Position numbers and translations under genes: made by a program. A stretch of DNA of 64,000 bases from an uncultured Candidatus Entotheonella sp. (lineage in GTDB: Bacteria; Tectomicrobia; Entotheonellia; Entotheonellales; Entotheonellaceae): positions 480,001 to 544,000 of the forward strand of contig CBDCDA010000002.1 of NCBI GenBank assembly GCA_965215335.1. Direction: 5' to 3'. Each line of letters opens with the position of its first letter. Within the stretch, counting starts at the first letter, position 1. This document shows positions 28,563 to 39,213 of this stretch, in pieces. The notes beneath the pieces are model-generated. The model saw only the letters and a list, made by a program, of their open reading frames with translations. It was not told where the DNA came from and made no database searches.

Positions 28563-29006
28563 ATGGAGTGGCCGGAGATACTTCAGCGCATCGAGGCGGG
28601 AGAAGACGAAGAGACCGAATTCAAGCGCGGTCTCGGGGATTTGTCCGCCATGGGTAGAGCGGTCTGCGCTTTCGCGAATGCCCAGGGAGGCGTCATCATC
28701 CTGGGCGTCACCGATTCGCAGAGCATCATCGGCGTCAATGAGGATGCCGACGGCGTCCAGGAACGCCTGCAGACGTTCCTGCGCACGGGATGCAGCGCGC
28801 CCGTCAATGCCCAGTGCGGCCGTCATGAGGACCCGAATGGATGGGTGCACTGGATTGAGGTTTTTCAGCAGGACAGCCCGGAACCTTTACGATACGACGG
28901 CCGCGTGTGGGTCCGGCACGAATGCAGCAGCGCGGAACCGTCGCCGTCGGAACTGCAAGAACTCTATAACACGTCGGACAAACCCGCCTCGCGAAACAAC
29001 CGATAA
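28563..29006 (+). CDS. Stand-alone Schlafen/AlbA_2 domain protein, possibly truncated
   Basis: GEDEETEFKR, VCAFANAQGGVIILGV; ends just after PSELQELYN. Confidence 0.75.
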   Translation: MEWPEILQRIEAGEDEETEFKRGLGDLSAMGRAVCAFANAQGGVIILGVTDSQSIIGVNEDADGVQERLQTFLRTGCSAPVNAQCGRHEDPNGWVHWIEVFQQDSPEPLRYDGRVWVRHECSSAEPSPSELQELYNTSDKPASRNNR

Positions 29007-29034
29007 CTGTCCCCTGCCCGCCGCAACTCTCCTT

Positions 29035-30177
29035 CTACAGATTGATTTCCTGGGCGACCAGCTCGCGATGGTAGGTGGCGTCGCCAAAGGTGAATTCGGC
29101 GTACTTGGCGCGCTTGAAGTACAGATGCATGTCGTGCTCCCACGTGAAGCCGATGCCGCCGTGCACCTGGATGCCCTCGCCTGCGGTGTAGCGATAGGCG
29201 TCGTTGCAATAGGCCTTGGCCATGGACACGGCCAAGGGGGCTTCGGGCACGCCCTCATCCACGGCCCAGGCGGCATAGTAGGCGGCGGATTTGGCTGACT
29301 CCACTTGCAGCATCATCTCGGCGCATTTGTGCTTGATGGCCTGAAAACTGCCGATGGGGCGCCCGAACTGGATGCGTTCCTTGGCATAGGCCACACTGAT
29401 GTCGAGCACCCGCTGCGCCCCGCCGACCATCTCGGCACACAGCGCAGCCGTGCAGATGTGCAGCACTTTCGACAACACCGGCCAACCCATGTCCACCGTG
29501 CCGATGAGGCGGTCGCGCCCGACGGCAACGCTGTCGAACACCACCTCGCACTGCTTGCGGGTCTGGTCCATGGTCTTGAGCAGCGTAACGGAAATGCCGG
29601 GCGTATCGCTGTCAACCAGGAACAGGCTGATCCCGAAGCCCTTGTCACCAGCTGCCTTGGTACGCGCCGCCACGACCATGACGTCGGCGACGTGGGCGTC
29701 GGGAACGAACAGCTTGGCGCCGGAGATCGTGAAGCCATCCGGCGCAGGAGCGGCTTTCACGTCCACGATACCCGCCGCCTCGAAACGGCCCGAGGGTTCC
29801 GTCATCGCCAGGGTAGCGATCAGCGAGCCGTCGGCGATTTTCGACAAATAGGTTTTCTTCTGCGCCTCCGAACCGCCGAGCAGAATGCTCTGCCCCGCCA
29901 AGAGAACCGAGGAAAAGAACGGCGACGGCAGCAGCGCGGCGCCCATTTCTTCCAGGATGACCGTCAGATCGACGAATCCCAGACCCTGGCCGCCGTATTC
30001 TTCCGGGAACGCCAGACCCAGCCAGCCGAGAGCGGCCATCTGCTGCCAGAGCTCGGGCGAGTAGCCACGCTCATCTTCCATCATCTGCCGCACGAAGGCG
30101 CTGGTGCAGTACTCGGTCAAGAAATCGCGCGCCGCCTGCCGCAGCATTTCCTGCTCGTCGCTAAAACCAAAATCCAT
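29035..30177 (-). CDS. Acyl-CoA dehydrogenase family protein
   Basis: MDFGFSDEQ, R.QFGRPIGSFQAIKH, QVHGGIGFTWEHD. Confidence 0.93.
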   Translation of the reverse strand: MDFGFSDEQEMLRQAARDFLTEYCTSAFVRQMMEDERGYSPELWQQMAALGWLGLAFPEEYGGQGLGFVDLTVILEEMGAALLPSPFFSSVLLAGQSILLGGSEAQKKTYLSKIADGSLIATLAMTEPSGRFEAAGIVDVKAAPAPDGFTISGAKLFVPDAHVADVMVVAARTKAAGDKGFGISLFLVDSDTPGISVTLLKTMDQTRKQCEVVFDSVAVGRDRLIGTVDMGWPVLSKVLHICTAALCAEMVGGAQRVLDISVAYAKERIQFGRPIGSFQAIKHKCAEMMLQVESAKSAAYYAAWAVDEGVPEAPLAVSMAKAYCNDAYRYTAGEGIQVHGGIGFTWEHDMHLYFKRAKYAEFTFGDATYHRELVAQEINL

Positions 30178-30222
30178 CGGTCAAACCTCCTGAGTGGTGA
30201 TGTCGGGCGCCCATCTGCGCAT

Positions 30223-30260
30223 AGAAAGACGCCCCCGACCAAGGACAGTCGAGGGCGTTT
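30223..30260 (-). terminator. Intrinsic terminator after the ABC ATPase gene
   Basis: Minus strand ACGCCCTCGAC-loop-GTCGGGGGCGT followed by CTTTCT. Confidence 0.6.
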
Positions 30261-30278
30261 CAAGTATGCCGATAACCG

Positions 30279-31379
30279 TTAAAGAATGGTCTGTTCGGTC
30301 TTCGTATCGAAGAGGTGCGCACGCTCCATGTTGAAGCTCACCTTGATTTCGTCGTGCATGCGGGCGCGCAGGGTCGGGTCCATGCGCGCGGTGAAATTCT
30401 CACCCTTGCAGGACATCTCCAGGATGATCTCGGCGCCGAGCGGTTCGAGCACCTCCACCGTGGCGCCGAGCGGTTCGGAGAATTTGCCCTCGCCACCGCC
30501 GGCGGGCACCACGTCTTCCGGACGGATGCCGAATACGACGGGCTGGTTGACATAGCCTTCCACCTGCCTGGCCCTGTCGTCAGGCAGCGTCAGGCGGGAA
30601 CCCTTGACGTCGACCTGGACGGCGCCGTTTTCCTGCACCAGCATGGCCTCCAGGAAGTTCATGGGCGGGCTGCCGATAAAACCGGCCACGAACTGGTTCT
30701 GCGGCTCGTTGTATACCTCCATGGGCGAGCCGACCTGCTGGATGAAGCCGTTGCGCATCACGACAATGCGGTCGCCCATGGTCATGGCTTCGACCTGGTC
30801 GTGGGTGACGTAAATCATGGTGGAATCGAGACGTTCGTGCAGCTTGATGAGCTCGGCGCGCATGTTCACCCGCAGCTTGGCGTCAAGGTTGCTGAGCGGC
30901 TCGTCGAACAGGAAAACTTCCGGCTGCCGCACGATCGCCCGGCCAACGGCGACGCGCTGCCGTTGTCCGCCGGAGAGCTGCTTCGGCTTGCGATCCAGGA
31001 GTTCGCCAATGCCCAGGATGTCGGCCGCCGCCTTGACCCGCTGTTCAATCTCGGCCTTGGGCGTGCGGCGCAATCTCAGCGAGAAGGCCATGTTCTTGAA
31101 GACGGTCATATGGGGATAGAGCGCATAGTTCTGGAATACCATGGCGATGTTGCGATCCTTCGGCGGCACGTCGTTCACCAGCCGGTCGCCAATACGAATC
31201 TCCCCGGCAGAGATATCCTCCAAACCGGCAACCATGCGCAGGGTCGTCGTTTTGCCGCACCCGGAGGGACCGACCAATACGATGAATTCCTTGTCCTGGA
31301 TATCGAGATTCACGCTGTTGACCGCAATCACCTCTTCCGAAAACCTCTTTACAAGATCCTTCAGGACGACTTGTGCCAT
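30279..31379 (-). CDS. CUT1-family sugar/G3P ABC transporter ATPase (MalK/UgpC-like)
   Basis: GPSGCGKTT, VFQNYALYPHM, LSGGQRQRVA, DEPLSNLDAKLR, IGSPPMN. Confidence 0.93.
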   Translation of the reverse strand: MAQVVLKDLVKRFSEEVIAVNSVNLDIQDKEFIVLVGPSGCGKTTTLRMVAGLEDISAGEIRIGDRLVNDVPPKDRNIAMVFQNYALYPHMTVFKNMAFSLRLRRTPKAEIEQRVKAAADILGIGELLDRKPKQLSGGQRQRVAVGRAIVRQPEVFLFDEPLSNLDAKLRVNMRAELIKLHERLDSTMIYVTHDQVEAMTMGDRIVVMRNGFIQQVGSPMEVYNEPQNQFVAGFIGSPPMNFLEAMLVQENGAVQVDVKGSRLTLPDDRARQVEGYVNQPVVFGIRPEDVVPAGGGEGKFSEPLGATVEVLEPLGAEIILEMSCKGENFTARMDPTLRARMHDEIKVSFNMERAHLFDTKTEQTIL

Positions 31380-31596
31380 CGGGGTCCCTCCTTATGGCAA
31401 CTGAATCTCAACCGGATTGGCTCGTTCCTTTGCTTGTGCGGATGCGAACCGGGAAAGCCTCCGCGCCGCGGTACCCGACAAAAAGATCGCCGGAGAAGTA
31501 TCTTCAGGTTTTGGGCACGATTCAGTGACTATACTACGCAATACGCCTCATATCCAGGAAAACCCTCCGTGCCCCGCGGGGAGGCCACCGTCTCCT

Positions 31597-33234
31597 TCAC
31601 GCGGTCCCCTGGCGTTTCGGCCCATCGCCGGCAGCCTCGCGGTCCCACGTGTCCGGGGTGACGCCCTGGGCCTTGAGCTCGTATTTCATGGTGCGTTCGG
31701 TGCCGGTTTTGGGGAAGGCGGCGAGGAAGCGAACGAAGCGCGGCACCATGAAGGACGCCATGCGCGCCTTGCAATAGTGCACGAGCGCTTCGGGGGTAAG
31801 CCGGGAACCCGGTTGCAGAACGACGGCCACGGTGACTTCGTCCTCAGCGAGTTCCGAAGGCAGGGCATAGGCGGCCGATTCGAGGACGTCGTCGTGGCTG
31901 CCAACGACCTTTTCGACCTCGAAGGAGGAGATGTTTTCGCCGCGTCGGCGAATGAAGTCACGCTTGCGGTCAACGAAGAAGAAGTAGCCGTCCTCGTCCT
32001 TGTAAGCCAGATCGCCGCTGCGTATCCAACCGCCGCGGTTTTTTTCGGCGGTGGCTTCGGGGTTCTTGTAGTACTCGGGCGTATCGTCGGCAGTGGTGGA
32101 CCTGTAGACGAGCTCGCCGGTCTCGCCGGCCGGCAATTCGTTGTCATCGTCGTCCACCACGCGCATGTCGTAACCGCCGATGGGCTTGCCCATGGCGCCC
32201 ACTTTGCCGCTGGCCTTGGCATCGGCGTTGAGCATGAACCCACCCTCGGTTTGCGCATAGAGCTCGACGATGCGTACCCCAAAACGTTTCTCGAAAGTCT
32301 CCCAGATCGCGGGCGGCGCCGCGGCGCTCAGCGCGATGCGCATGGGATTGTCGTGATCGTCGGGGCGCGGCGGTTGCTTGGCGAGAATGGGAATCATGGC
32401 GCCGAGAAACAGCGTGTAGGTGGCGCCATAAGCGCGCACGTCGTCCCAGAATCGGCTGGCGCTGAAGCGTTCGGCCATCGCCGCGGCAGTGTCGCTGACC
32501 AGGGCCATCCACACCATGTTCTGCCCGCCGACGTGGAACAGCGGCAAGGTATTGTACACCACATCGTCTGCCGCGTAGCCCGTCACGATGGGGAGGACGA
32601 AGCCCCCGTAGCAACGGCCGTGGCGGTGGATGACGCCCTTCGGCAGGCCGGTGGTGCCGGACGTGTACATGATGGAATCCATGTCGTCGGACCCCACGGC
32701 CTGCATGGGGCTCGTGGCGGGAGCGGTGAGCAGGTCGGCAAAGTCGATCGCACCAGCCGGTGGACCGTCGAATGCTGCGGCGTCCTCGGCCACCACGATC
32801 AGGTTCTTGAGGTTGTGCAGACCGCCGCGCACCGCCTCCAGCGCAGGCACGTAGCGACGGCTCAGCACCAGCGTTTCCGCATCCGAGTGGTTGACCAGGT
32901 AGGCCAGTCCCTCCCCCTTGAGTGCCGTGTTCAGCGGCACCGTGACGCCACCCAGCTTGGCGTTGCCCCACCACGTGTAAAGAAACTCCGGGATGTTCGG
33001 CAACATCAGGCAGACCTTGTCGCCCTTGCCCACCCCGAGGGCTTCCAGCGCATTGCCCACGCGGTTGACCCGTTCGTCGAGCTGGGCGTAGGTGATGCGC
33101 TCGTGGGGCGTCATGAGCGCCACCTTGCCAGCGTTCACGCGGCACTTGTCTTCCAGAATCTTGCCAAAACTCTCCCACGACTCGTCCATGCTGTTCCACA
33201 CTTCGGCAATCCTGGCCTGCACGTCATCTGACAC
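31597..33234 (-). CDS. Acyl-CoA ligase (CaiC-like AMP-binding enzyme)
   Basis: YTSGTTGLPKG, YAQTE, SGDL, IRRRGENISSFEVE; GTG start with GGAGG RBS. Confidence 0.92.
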   Translation of the reverse strand: MSDDVQARIAEVWNSMDESWESFGKILEDKCRVNAGKVALMTPHERITYAQLDERVNRVGNALEALGVGKGDKVCLMLPNIPEFLYTWWGNAKLGGVTVPLNTALKGEGLAYLVNHSDAETLVLSRRYVPALEAVRGGLHNLKNLIVVAEDAAAFDGPPAGAIDFADLLTAPATSPMQAVGSDDMDSIMYTSGTTGLPKGVIHRHGRCYGGFVLPIVTGYAADDVVYNTLPLFHVGGQNMVWMALVSDTAAAMAERFSASRFWDDVRAYGATYTLFLGAMIPILAKQPPRPDDHDNPMRIALSAAAPPAIWETFEKRFGVRIVELYAQTEGGFMLNADAKASGKVGAMGKPIGGYDMRVVDDDDNELPAGETGELVYRSTTADDTPEYYKNPEATAEKNRGGWIRSGDLAYKDEDGYFFFVDRKRDFIRRRGENISSFEVEKVVGSHDDVLESAAYALPSELAEDEVTVAVVLQPGSRLTPEALVHYCKARMASFMVPRFVRFLAAFPKTGTERTMKYELKAQGVTPDTWDREAAGDGPKRQGTA

Positions 33235-33877
33235 GTTTGATTCCTCCAATGTCCGCGGCCGGGATCGGCGGCCCGGCTGGCGATTTCGACTGCCAGCGCT
33301 GTAGCTCGGCGACGTACTCTTCCTGGTAATCCATGTCCCGCAGAATGTCGTCGCTTTCGATCGGAAGCTCCAGCGTATCGTGCGGGTAGCCACGCGTCAC
33401 CACGTTGAGCCCCTGATCGGACGTCAGGGCCAGCACCGCCGGGCGGTACGCCGCCGCCAGCAGCAAGGGATGGCCGCGCTTGCCCTGCCAGACGGGAATG
33501 ATCAGGCCCTTACGGGTGCGGGTATGAGCCGCCACCAGCTGCTGAATGACCGGGAGACCGATCTGCGGTTGATCGACGAGCGCCAACAGGTAGGCATTCG
33601 GCACGGGGTCGAGCGCGCGCAGGGCGACCTGTACGGAAGACGTCATGCCGAACCGATAATCCGCATTGTACAACAGTCGAACGGGCAAGGATTCCAGCAC
33701 GGCGGCGATCTCGCCGCCGCGGTGCCCCAGGACAACGGCCACTTCCGACAGATCGGCGCTCAAAAGGGGTTGCAGAACCTGCTCGATGACCGTGCGGGAG
33801 CCAAACGGAAGCAGGGCTTTCAGTTGCCCCATGCGGCGGGATTCTCCGGCGGCCAGCACCACCCCCGCGACGCGCAT
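33224..33877 (-). CDS. Molybdenum cofactor cytidylyltransferase-like nucleotidyltransferase (MocA family)
   Basis: LAAGESRRMGQLKALL, GMTSS, LVDQP, GHP, DMD; coupled to moeA. Confidence 0.85.
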   Translation of the reverse strand: MRVAGVVLAAGESRRMGQLKALLPFGSRTVIEQVLQPLLSADLSEVAVVLGHRGGEIAAVLESLPVRLLYNADYRFGMTSSVQVALRALDPVPNAYLLALVDQPQIGLPVIQQLVAAHTRTRKGLIIPVWQGKRGHPLLLAAAYRPAVLALTSDQGLNVVTRGYPHDTLELPIESDDILRDMDYQEEYVAELQRWQSKSPAGPPIPAADIGGIKRVR

Positions 33878-35115
33878 CAGTCCAGCTGGCCGGCTACGTA
33901 CGGTTCGGTCTCGGGATGATCCAGCAGGATGGCGCTCACCGTCTCGCCGGCGGCGAATGGCTCGGCGCGTTGGGGCAGCACCAGCAGGCCGTTGGCGCCG
34001 ACCATCGACAGCAGCCGCGCCGAGGATTGCATCCCGGTGCTGCGCGCCGTGAAGCCCTGTGACGTGCGCGTGAGGTGCACCCGGTGAAATTCGGGCCGCC
34101 AGGCGTCACCCCGGATCTCGGCCGCCAGTGTCACGGGCACCCGGGGACGCAGGACATGATGGTGACCGGCCATGTGCAGCAGGGCGGGCCGCACGAAAAG
34201 CTCGAACGCTACCAGTGACGATACCGGAAAGCCGGGCAGCGCGAAGACCGGCTTGTCGGCCACCGTGGCAAAGGTGAGCGGCTTGCCGGGCTTCATGTTG
34301 ACGCGCCCGAAGTGCACCCGACCGATGGTTTCGAGAAGAGGCTTGATGAGGTCCAGCTTGCCCATCGAAACGCCGCCCGAGGTGACCAGCGTGTCGCAAG
34401 TCGCCAAACCCTGCATGATCTTGTCGCGCAACACCTCTTGCATGTCACTGCCGATGCCGAGCGAAACGGCCTCCGCGCCGGCATGCCGCACCGCGGCCAT
34501 GAGCGTATAGCGGTTGCTGTCGCGAATCTGTCCGGGGCCGGGGCTGGCGTCGGGCTCGACGATCTCGTTGCCGCTGGACAGCACCGCCACGCGCGGCCGC
34601 GGGTGCGCGAGGACGACGATGCGGCCGAGGCTGGCAAGCAGGCCGATCTCCTGCGGCCCCAGACGCGTGCCGGCTTGCAAAACCTCCTGCCCCCTAGCGA
34701 TGTCCTGCGCCACCGGACGCACCTCGGCGTTCGGCCTGACCTCTTGATGCAGGGTCACCATGCCCCGCGCCTCCTCGGTGTACTCCACCATGATTACCGC
34801 ATCGGCACCCGGCGGCATCGGGGCGCCTGTCGTGATGCGCACACAGGTGCCGGGCTCGACACGCAGGCCGGCCACGTAGCCGGCAGTCTGCTCGCCGACC
34901 AGGCGGCGCGGGTTGGTCGTGTCGGCGGCAATCACCGCGAAGCCGTCCTTGATGCTGCACGGAAACGGCGGCAGGTCCTCGGTGGCCCGGATGTCCTCGG
35001 CCAAGATCAGGTCCAGCGCGTCAAACGTCAAGACGGTCCGCGGGGCCAGCCGCGGTGTCTGCTTGAGGACGATGTCCAGGGCCATATCGGGTTCGATCGT
35101 GTCGTAATCACGCAT
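33877..35115 (-). CDS. moeA: Molybdopterin molybdotransferase
   Basis: DGFAV, ITTGAPMPPGADAVIMVE, GQIRDSN, TSGGVSMG, MKPGKP. Confidence 0.93.
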   Translation of the reverse strand: MRDYDTIEPDMALDIVLKQTPRLAPRTVLTFDALDLILAEDIRATEDLPPFPCSIKDGFAVIAADTTNPRRLVGEQTAGYVAGLRVEPGTCVRITTGAPMPPGADAVIMVEYTEEARGMVTLHQEVRPNAEVRPVAQDIARGQEVLQAGTRLGPQEIGLLASLGRIVVLAHPRPRVAVLSSGNEIVEPDASPGPGQIRDSNRYTLMAAVRHAGAEAVSLGIGSDMQEVLRDKIMQGLATCDTLVTSGGVSMGKLDLIKPLLETIGRVHFGRVNMKPGKPLTFATVADKPVFALPGFPVSSLVAFELFVRPALLHMAGHHHVLRPRVPVTLAAEIRGDAWRPEFHRVHLTRTSQGFTARSTGMQSSARLLSMVGANGLLVLPQRAEPFAAGETVSAILLDHPETEPYVAGQLD

Positions 35116-35271
35116 AAAAGTCGTTCACTTTCGATTGCAGGTCGAGGCGTGGGAGTCAGCCTTCCGTATCCCTGTAAGACGGGCGCGTATTGTCAGCCAA
35201 TGTCCCGTGGCTCGTCAACCCAAAAGGCTACTCGTGTCAGGTCCGAGCAGGTCCGCCACCGGCGCCGAGGG

Positions 35272-35995
35272 TCACCGGCAACCCCGCCACATCTCCGGGG
35301 CACCAAAGCCGGGACGCCACGTCGGGTGATAGCACTCGTCGGAGACCACCAGGAGCGCCGCTACCTCGCAACCGCGGTAGGCCGCCACCTCCATGCCAAC
35401 CGCCTGCACCCCGGCGGCCTGAAAACCGGCGATCTTGTCAGATGTTTCGCGGTACGGCGCATCCGTGGTCCACAGACGGCCTTGCTTGACACGCAGGCTT
35501 TGACGGTCCGCCTCCTCGTGAAGCAGAGCCACCACCGCCGCCGTGGGTTCGACCCCGGCGGGCAGATAGTGGTACGATGCGCCCTCCTCCCGGACCGCCT
35601 GCTGCAGGATGAACAGGTCGCCGATGCTGAGCGTCGGAGCCAATGCGCCGCAAAAGCCGAGATACAGAGACCGCCGGGCGCCGAGTGCGACCAACTGCTC
35701 CAGCAGCATCACTGCCATGGGCGCCCCGATGGGCGACGCCAGGGTGGAAAACGCCCGGCCCGCCGGATTGTACCACGCCTGCCGCATGATCGGCTGCGGC
35801 TGCGGCGCGGGCAGCTCCAGATGCCGCAGCAGCCGATACTGCAACACCGGGATGAAGGTCAGCGGGACAACCCGCCGCACGTCGAGGTCCGGCAGGCTCA
35901 GCCCCGTATTGCGCCAGCACGTGGGCCAGGAAATCCTCGGGCTCGATGCGTGAGGTCGGCTCGGCAGACAGGAACTGATCGGGCGTCAATGGCAA
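35272..35995 (-). pseudogene. Nucleoside phosphorylase (PNP/UDP family), frameshifted
   Basis: IGAP, LGFCGAL, AVREEGASYHY, WTTDAPYRET, GMEVAA, LLVVSD. The N-terminus is in another frame (shift at the G run ~35903), and a few residues look missing after MEVAA. Confidence 0.7.
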
Positions 35996-36131
35996 TGCCT
36001 TTGGGTTTGATGCTAGGATTTCGCCTTCCCAAGCACAGGGGCGTGACACGCGAGCGCCCGCGTGACGAGCCGCCGCGGCTCGGACGTCTGTCACGTCTCC
36101 ACGACTTACCCCATTTCACGAGGAATACGTC

Positions 36132-36647
36132 ATGACCCAGCCTGTGGTAACAGTTGTCATGGGCAGCGCCTCCGATTGGCCGATCATGCAGAGCGCCGCG
36201 GAAATGCTGGACCGCTTTCAAGTACCGTACGAGGTGACGATCAGTTCGGCGCACCGCGCCCCGCAGCGCACCGGGGCGTTGGCGCGCGGCGCCGCCGCGC
36301 GGGGCGTCAAGGTCATCATTGCCGGCGCCGGCGGGGCCGCCCATCTTGCCGGGGTGGTCGCCGCCGAAACTACGCTGCCGGTTATCGGCGTCCCCATTGA
36401 TTCGTCGTCCCTGCAAGGGCTCGACGCCCTTCTCGCCACCGTGCAGATGCCGCGCGGCGTACCGGTAGCCACGGTCGCTATCGGCAAGGCAGGAGCGGCC
36501 AATGCCGGCGTGCTGGCGGCGCAGGTCGTTGCGCTGACGGCGCCGGATGTCTCCGAACGCCTGTGGCGCTACAAGGCCGAACTGGCCGCCAGCGTCGAGA
36601 AAGCCGCCGCAACCCTGCAGACGCAATTGGCGGAAAGCCGCCCATGA
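36132..36647 (+). CDS. purE: N5-CAIR mutase
   Basis: VMGSASD, SAHRAP, AGAGGAAHLAG, PVIGVP, QMPRGVPVATV. Confidence 0.96.
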   Translation: MTQPVVTVVMGSASDWPIMQSAAEMLDRFQVPYEVTISSAHRAPQRTGALARGAAARGVKVIIAGAGGAAHLAGVVAAETTLPVIGVPIDSSSLQGLDALLATVQMPRGVPVATVAIGKAGAANAGVLAAQVVALTAPDVSERLWRYKAELAASVEKAAATLQTQLAESRP

Positions 36648-37318
36648 CGCGCTGCGCCAAGATTGATCCGCATTGCCCGTCCGGAACGGTGCTTGAGGAC
36701 GCCGCCGCCGTACTGTGGCGCGGCGGCAGCGTGGCCTACCTGACGGATACCGTCTACGGCTTGGCGGTGGACACCCGGCAGCCGCAAGCCATCGCCGGCC
36801 TGTATGCCCTCAAGGGCCGCTCGTCCGATAAAGCCGTCCCGCTGATCATCGGCGCGCCGGCGCAGCTCTCGGACGTTGCCGTCGCCCTGCCGCCGTGCGC
36901 CGAAGTGCTCATGGCAGCGTTCTGGCCCGGCCCGCTCACCCTACTGCTGCCGCCGCATCCAGACCTGCTGGCCCCGCTGCTCGGCAATACCGGGCGCATC
37001 GGCGTGCGCTGGCCAGACTCACCGCTCAGCCAAGCGCTCGCGCTGCGCGCCGGCAGCGCCATTACCGCCTCCAGCGCCAATCGTGCCGACGCCGCCGCCG
37101 CTTTGAACGCCGCCGAGGTGGAAGCGCAACTCGCCCCGGACGTCGATCTGATTCTTGACGCCGGCACCGCCCACAACCCGCAGGTTTCGACTGTCCTCGA
37201 TATCACCGTCGAGCCGCCGCGCATGATCCGCACCGGCAGGATTTCACAGGTAGAGATCGAATCCGTACTGGGTTCCGGCATCCTGACGAACCGCCCGGAA
37301 AAAGGCCGAAAGGCTTGA
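36644..37318 (+). CDS. tsaC: L-threonylcarbamoyladenylate synthase (Sua5/YrdC)
   Basis: TDTVYGL, KGR...K, FWPGPLT, SSAN, STV. Confidence 0.88.
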   Translation: MTRCAKIDPHCPSGTVLEDAAAVLWRGGSVAYLTDTVYGLAVDTRQPQAIAGLYALKGRSSDKAVPLIIGAPAQLSDVAVALPPCAEVLMAAFWPGPLTLLLPPHPDLLAPLLGNTGRIGVRWPDSPLSQALALRAGSAITASSANRADAAAALNAAEVEAQLAPDVDLILDAGTAHNPQVSTVLDITVEPPRMIRTGRISQVEIESVLGSGILTNRPEKGRKA

Positions 37319-37343
37319 CACTATTGGAAACAACTCGTATAGT
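37315..37343 (+). promoter_or_regulatory. Near-consensus sigma70 promoter upstream of rho
   Basis: TTGACA-17 bp-TATAGT. Confidence 0.8.
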
Positions 37344-37844
37344 CTCGCCCAATTCACCTCACAATGAGCCCCGCAGAGGTTGCTTCAACACTACGCTGCC
37401 CTGACTTCCGCAGCGGTCGGCCTATCCGATACAGGGTTCCATTGCACGAACAACCAGCCATCCCAAAGCCATACGACGAAGGGGTTGATATCCTCTGCCG
37501 AGCGTAAGGGTTTTTCTCCGTAAGGCATCGTGCTTACCTGCGACACAATGAATGCCCTGCCCAAGGGATGCGGGCCGTCGTGCGCAGCGTCGTTGAGCGC
37601 AGTCGTGCAACGGCCCCCATTCATTCTTGACCTTGGCGTTCATGGATTCCATGGCGGTGTCCCTTGCTTGTCCGATGCCGCACACCGTCAAGGGTTTCAC
37701 CAACTCATATGAGGAGTGCCGGTTTAATGGCGTACTGTTGTTGTAGCTGCGGGGGCAGTAACCGACGACAAAAAATCCTAACGTGGGCGTGCCCCAAAAA
37801 CATGCATGCGACTATTGCGACTATATGGAGGTTGGGACGATATC

Positions 37845-39140
37845 ATGGGCGCTGAGAACAATCCTGACATTCCGGCCTTCAACAAAGGGCGCTTGAACAT
37901 CGTTGAACTGAAAGAGATGACCATTGCCGAGCTCTCCGCTGTGGCCAAGCAGCTCCACGTGGGCGGAGCCAGCGGTTTACGCAAGCAGGAATTGATCTTC
38001 AAGATTCTGGAAGCCCAGACAGAGAAGAACGGCTTGATCTTCGGCGAGGGCGTTCTGGAAATCCTGCCCGACGGCTTCGGATTCCTGCGGGCGCCCAGCT
38101 ACAACTATCTGCCCGGGCCGGATGACATCTATGTCTCACCCTCGCAGATACGCCGCTTCGACCTCCATACCGGCGACACCATCTCCGGTCAGGTCAGGCC
38201 GCCCAAGGAAAGCGAGCGCTACTTCGCCCTGCTCAAGGTCGAGGCGATCAATTTCGAAAACCCCGAGATGGCCAAGGACAAGATTCTCTTCGACAACCTC
38301 ACGCCGCTCTATCCCGACGCCCGCATTCATCTCGAAACCGGTCCCACCGAAACCTCCACTCGGATCATGGACCTGCTGACGCCCATCGGCAAGGGCCAGC
38401 GCGGCCTCATCGTGGCGCCGCCGCGCACCGGCAAAACCATGCTCCTGCAATCGATTGCCCACAGCGTGACGCGCAACCATCCGGAGATCGTCCTGATCGT
38501 GTTGCTGATCGACGAGCGCCCGGAGGAAGTTACCGACATGCAACGTTCGGTCAAAGGCGAAGTGGTGAGTTCGACCTTCGATGAGCCTGCCACCCGCCAC
38601 GTGCAGGTGGCCGAAATGGTGATTGAAAAAGCCAAACGCCTGGTCGAGCACAAGCGTGACGTGGTGATTCTGCTCGACAGCATCACCCGCTTGGCGCGTG
38701 CCTACAACACCATCGTGCCGCCAAGCGGCAAGGTGCTCTCCGGCGGTGTGGATTCCAACGCCCTGCAAAAGCCGAAACGCTTCTTCGGCGCCGCCCGTAA
38801 CATCGAGGAGGGCGGCAGCCTGACCATCATCGCCACAGCCTTGGTCGATACCGGCAGTCGCATGGACGAGGTCATCTTCGAGGAGTTCAAGGGCACCGGC
38901 AACATGGAAATCCACCTCGACCGCCGTCTGGTTGACAAGCGGGTCTTCCCGGCTATCGACGTCAACCGCTCCGGTACCCGCAAGGAAGAGTTGCTGCTTG
39001 ATGACTACGAGCTCAACCGCGTGTGGGTGCTGCGCAAGGTCCTGAACCCCCTGAATACGGTCGATAGCATGGAATTGCTGATCGACAAGGTCAAAGAGAG
39101 CCAGACGAATGGCGATTTTCTCCGCTCGATGAACAGCTGA
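37845..39140 (+). CDS. rho: Transcription termination factor Rho
   Basis: [24 protein letters not shown]...[27 protein letters not shown]. Confidence 0.98.
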   Translation: MGAENNPDIPAFNKGRLNIVELKEMTIAELSAVAKQLHVGGASGLRKQELIFKILEAQTEKNGLIFGEGVLEILPDGFGFLRAPSYNYLPGPDDIYVSPSQIRRFDLHTGDTISGQVRPPKESERYFALLKVEAINFENPEMAKDKILFDNLTPLYPDARIHLETGPTETSTRIMDLLTPIGKGQRGLIVAPPRTGKTMLLQSIAHSVTRNHPEIVLIVLLIDERPEEVTDMQRSVKGEVVSSTFDEPATRHVQVAEMVIEKAKRLVEHKRDVVILLDSITRLARAYNTIVPPSGKVLSGGVDSNALQKPKRFFGAARNIEEGGSLTIIATALVDTGSRMDEVIFEEFKGTGNMEIHLDRRLVDKRVFPAIDVNRSGTRKEELLLDDYELNRVWVLRKVLNPLNTVDSMELLIDKVKESQTNGDFLRSMNS

Positions 39141-39213
39141 GAAAGCCCGCCGGCGACTTCCCGCCTTGCCGAACGCCATCCGTTCATTGGCTGTCCAGAG
39201 CCAGGAGAAAAAC

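Noticed and set aside
37344..37844. tRNA, tmRNA, RNase P or SRP RNA upstream of rho
   Set aside because: Signature sequences (T-loop GTTCRA with cloverleaf, GAGGAAAGTCC, tmRNA termini) were not found.
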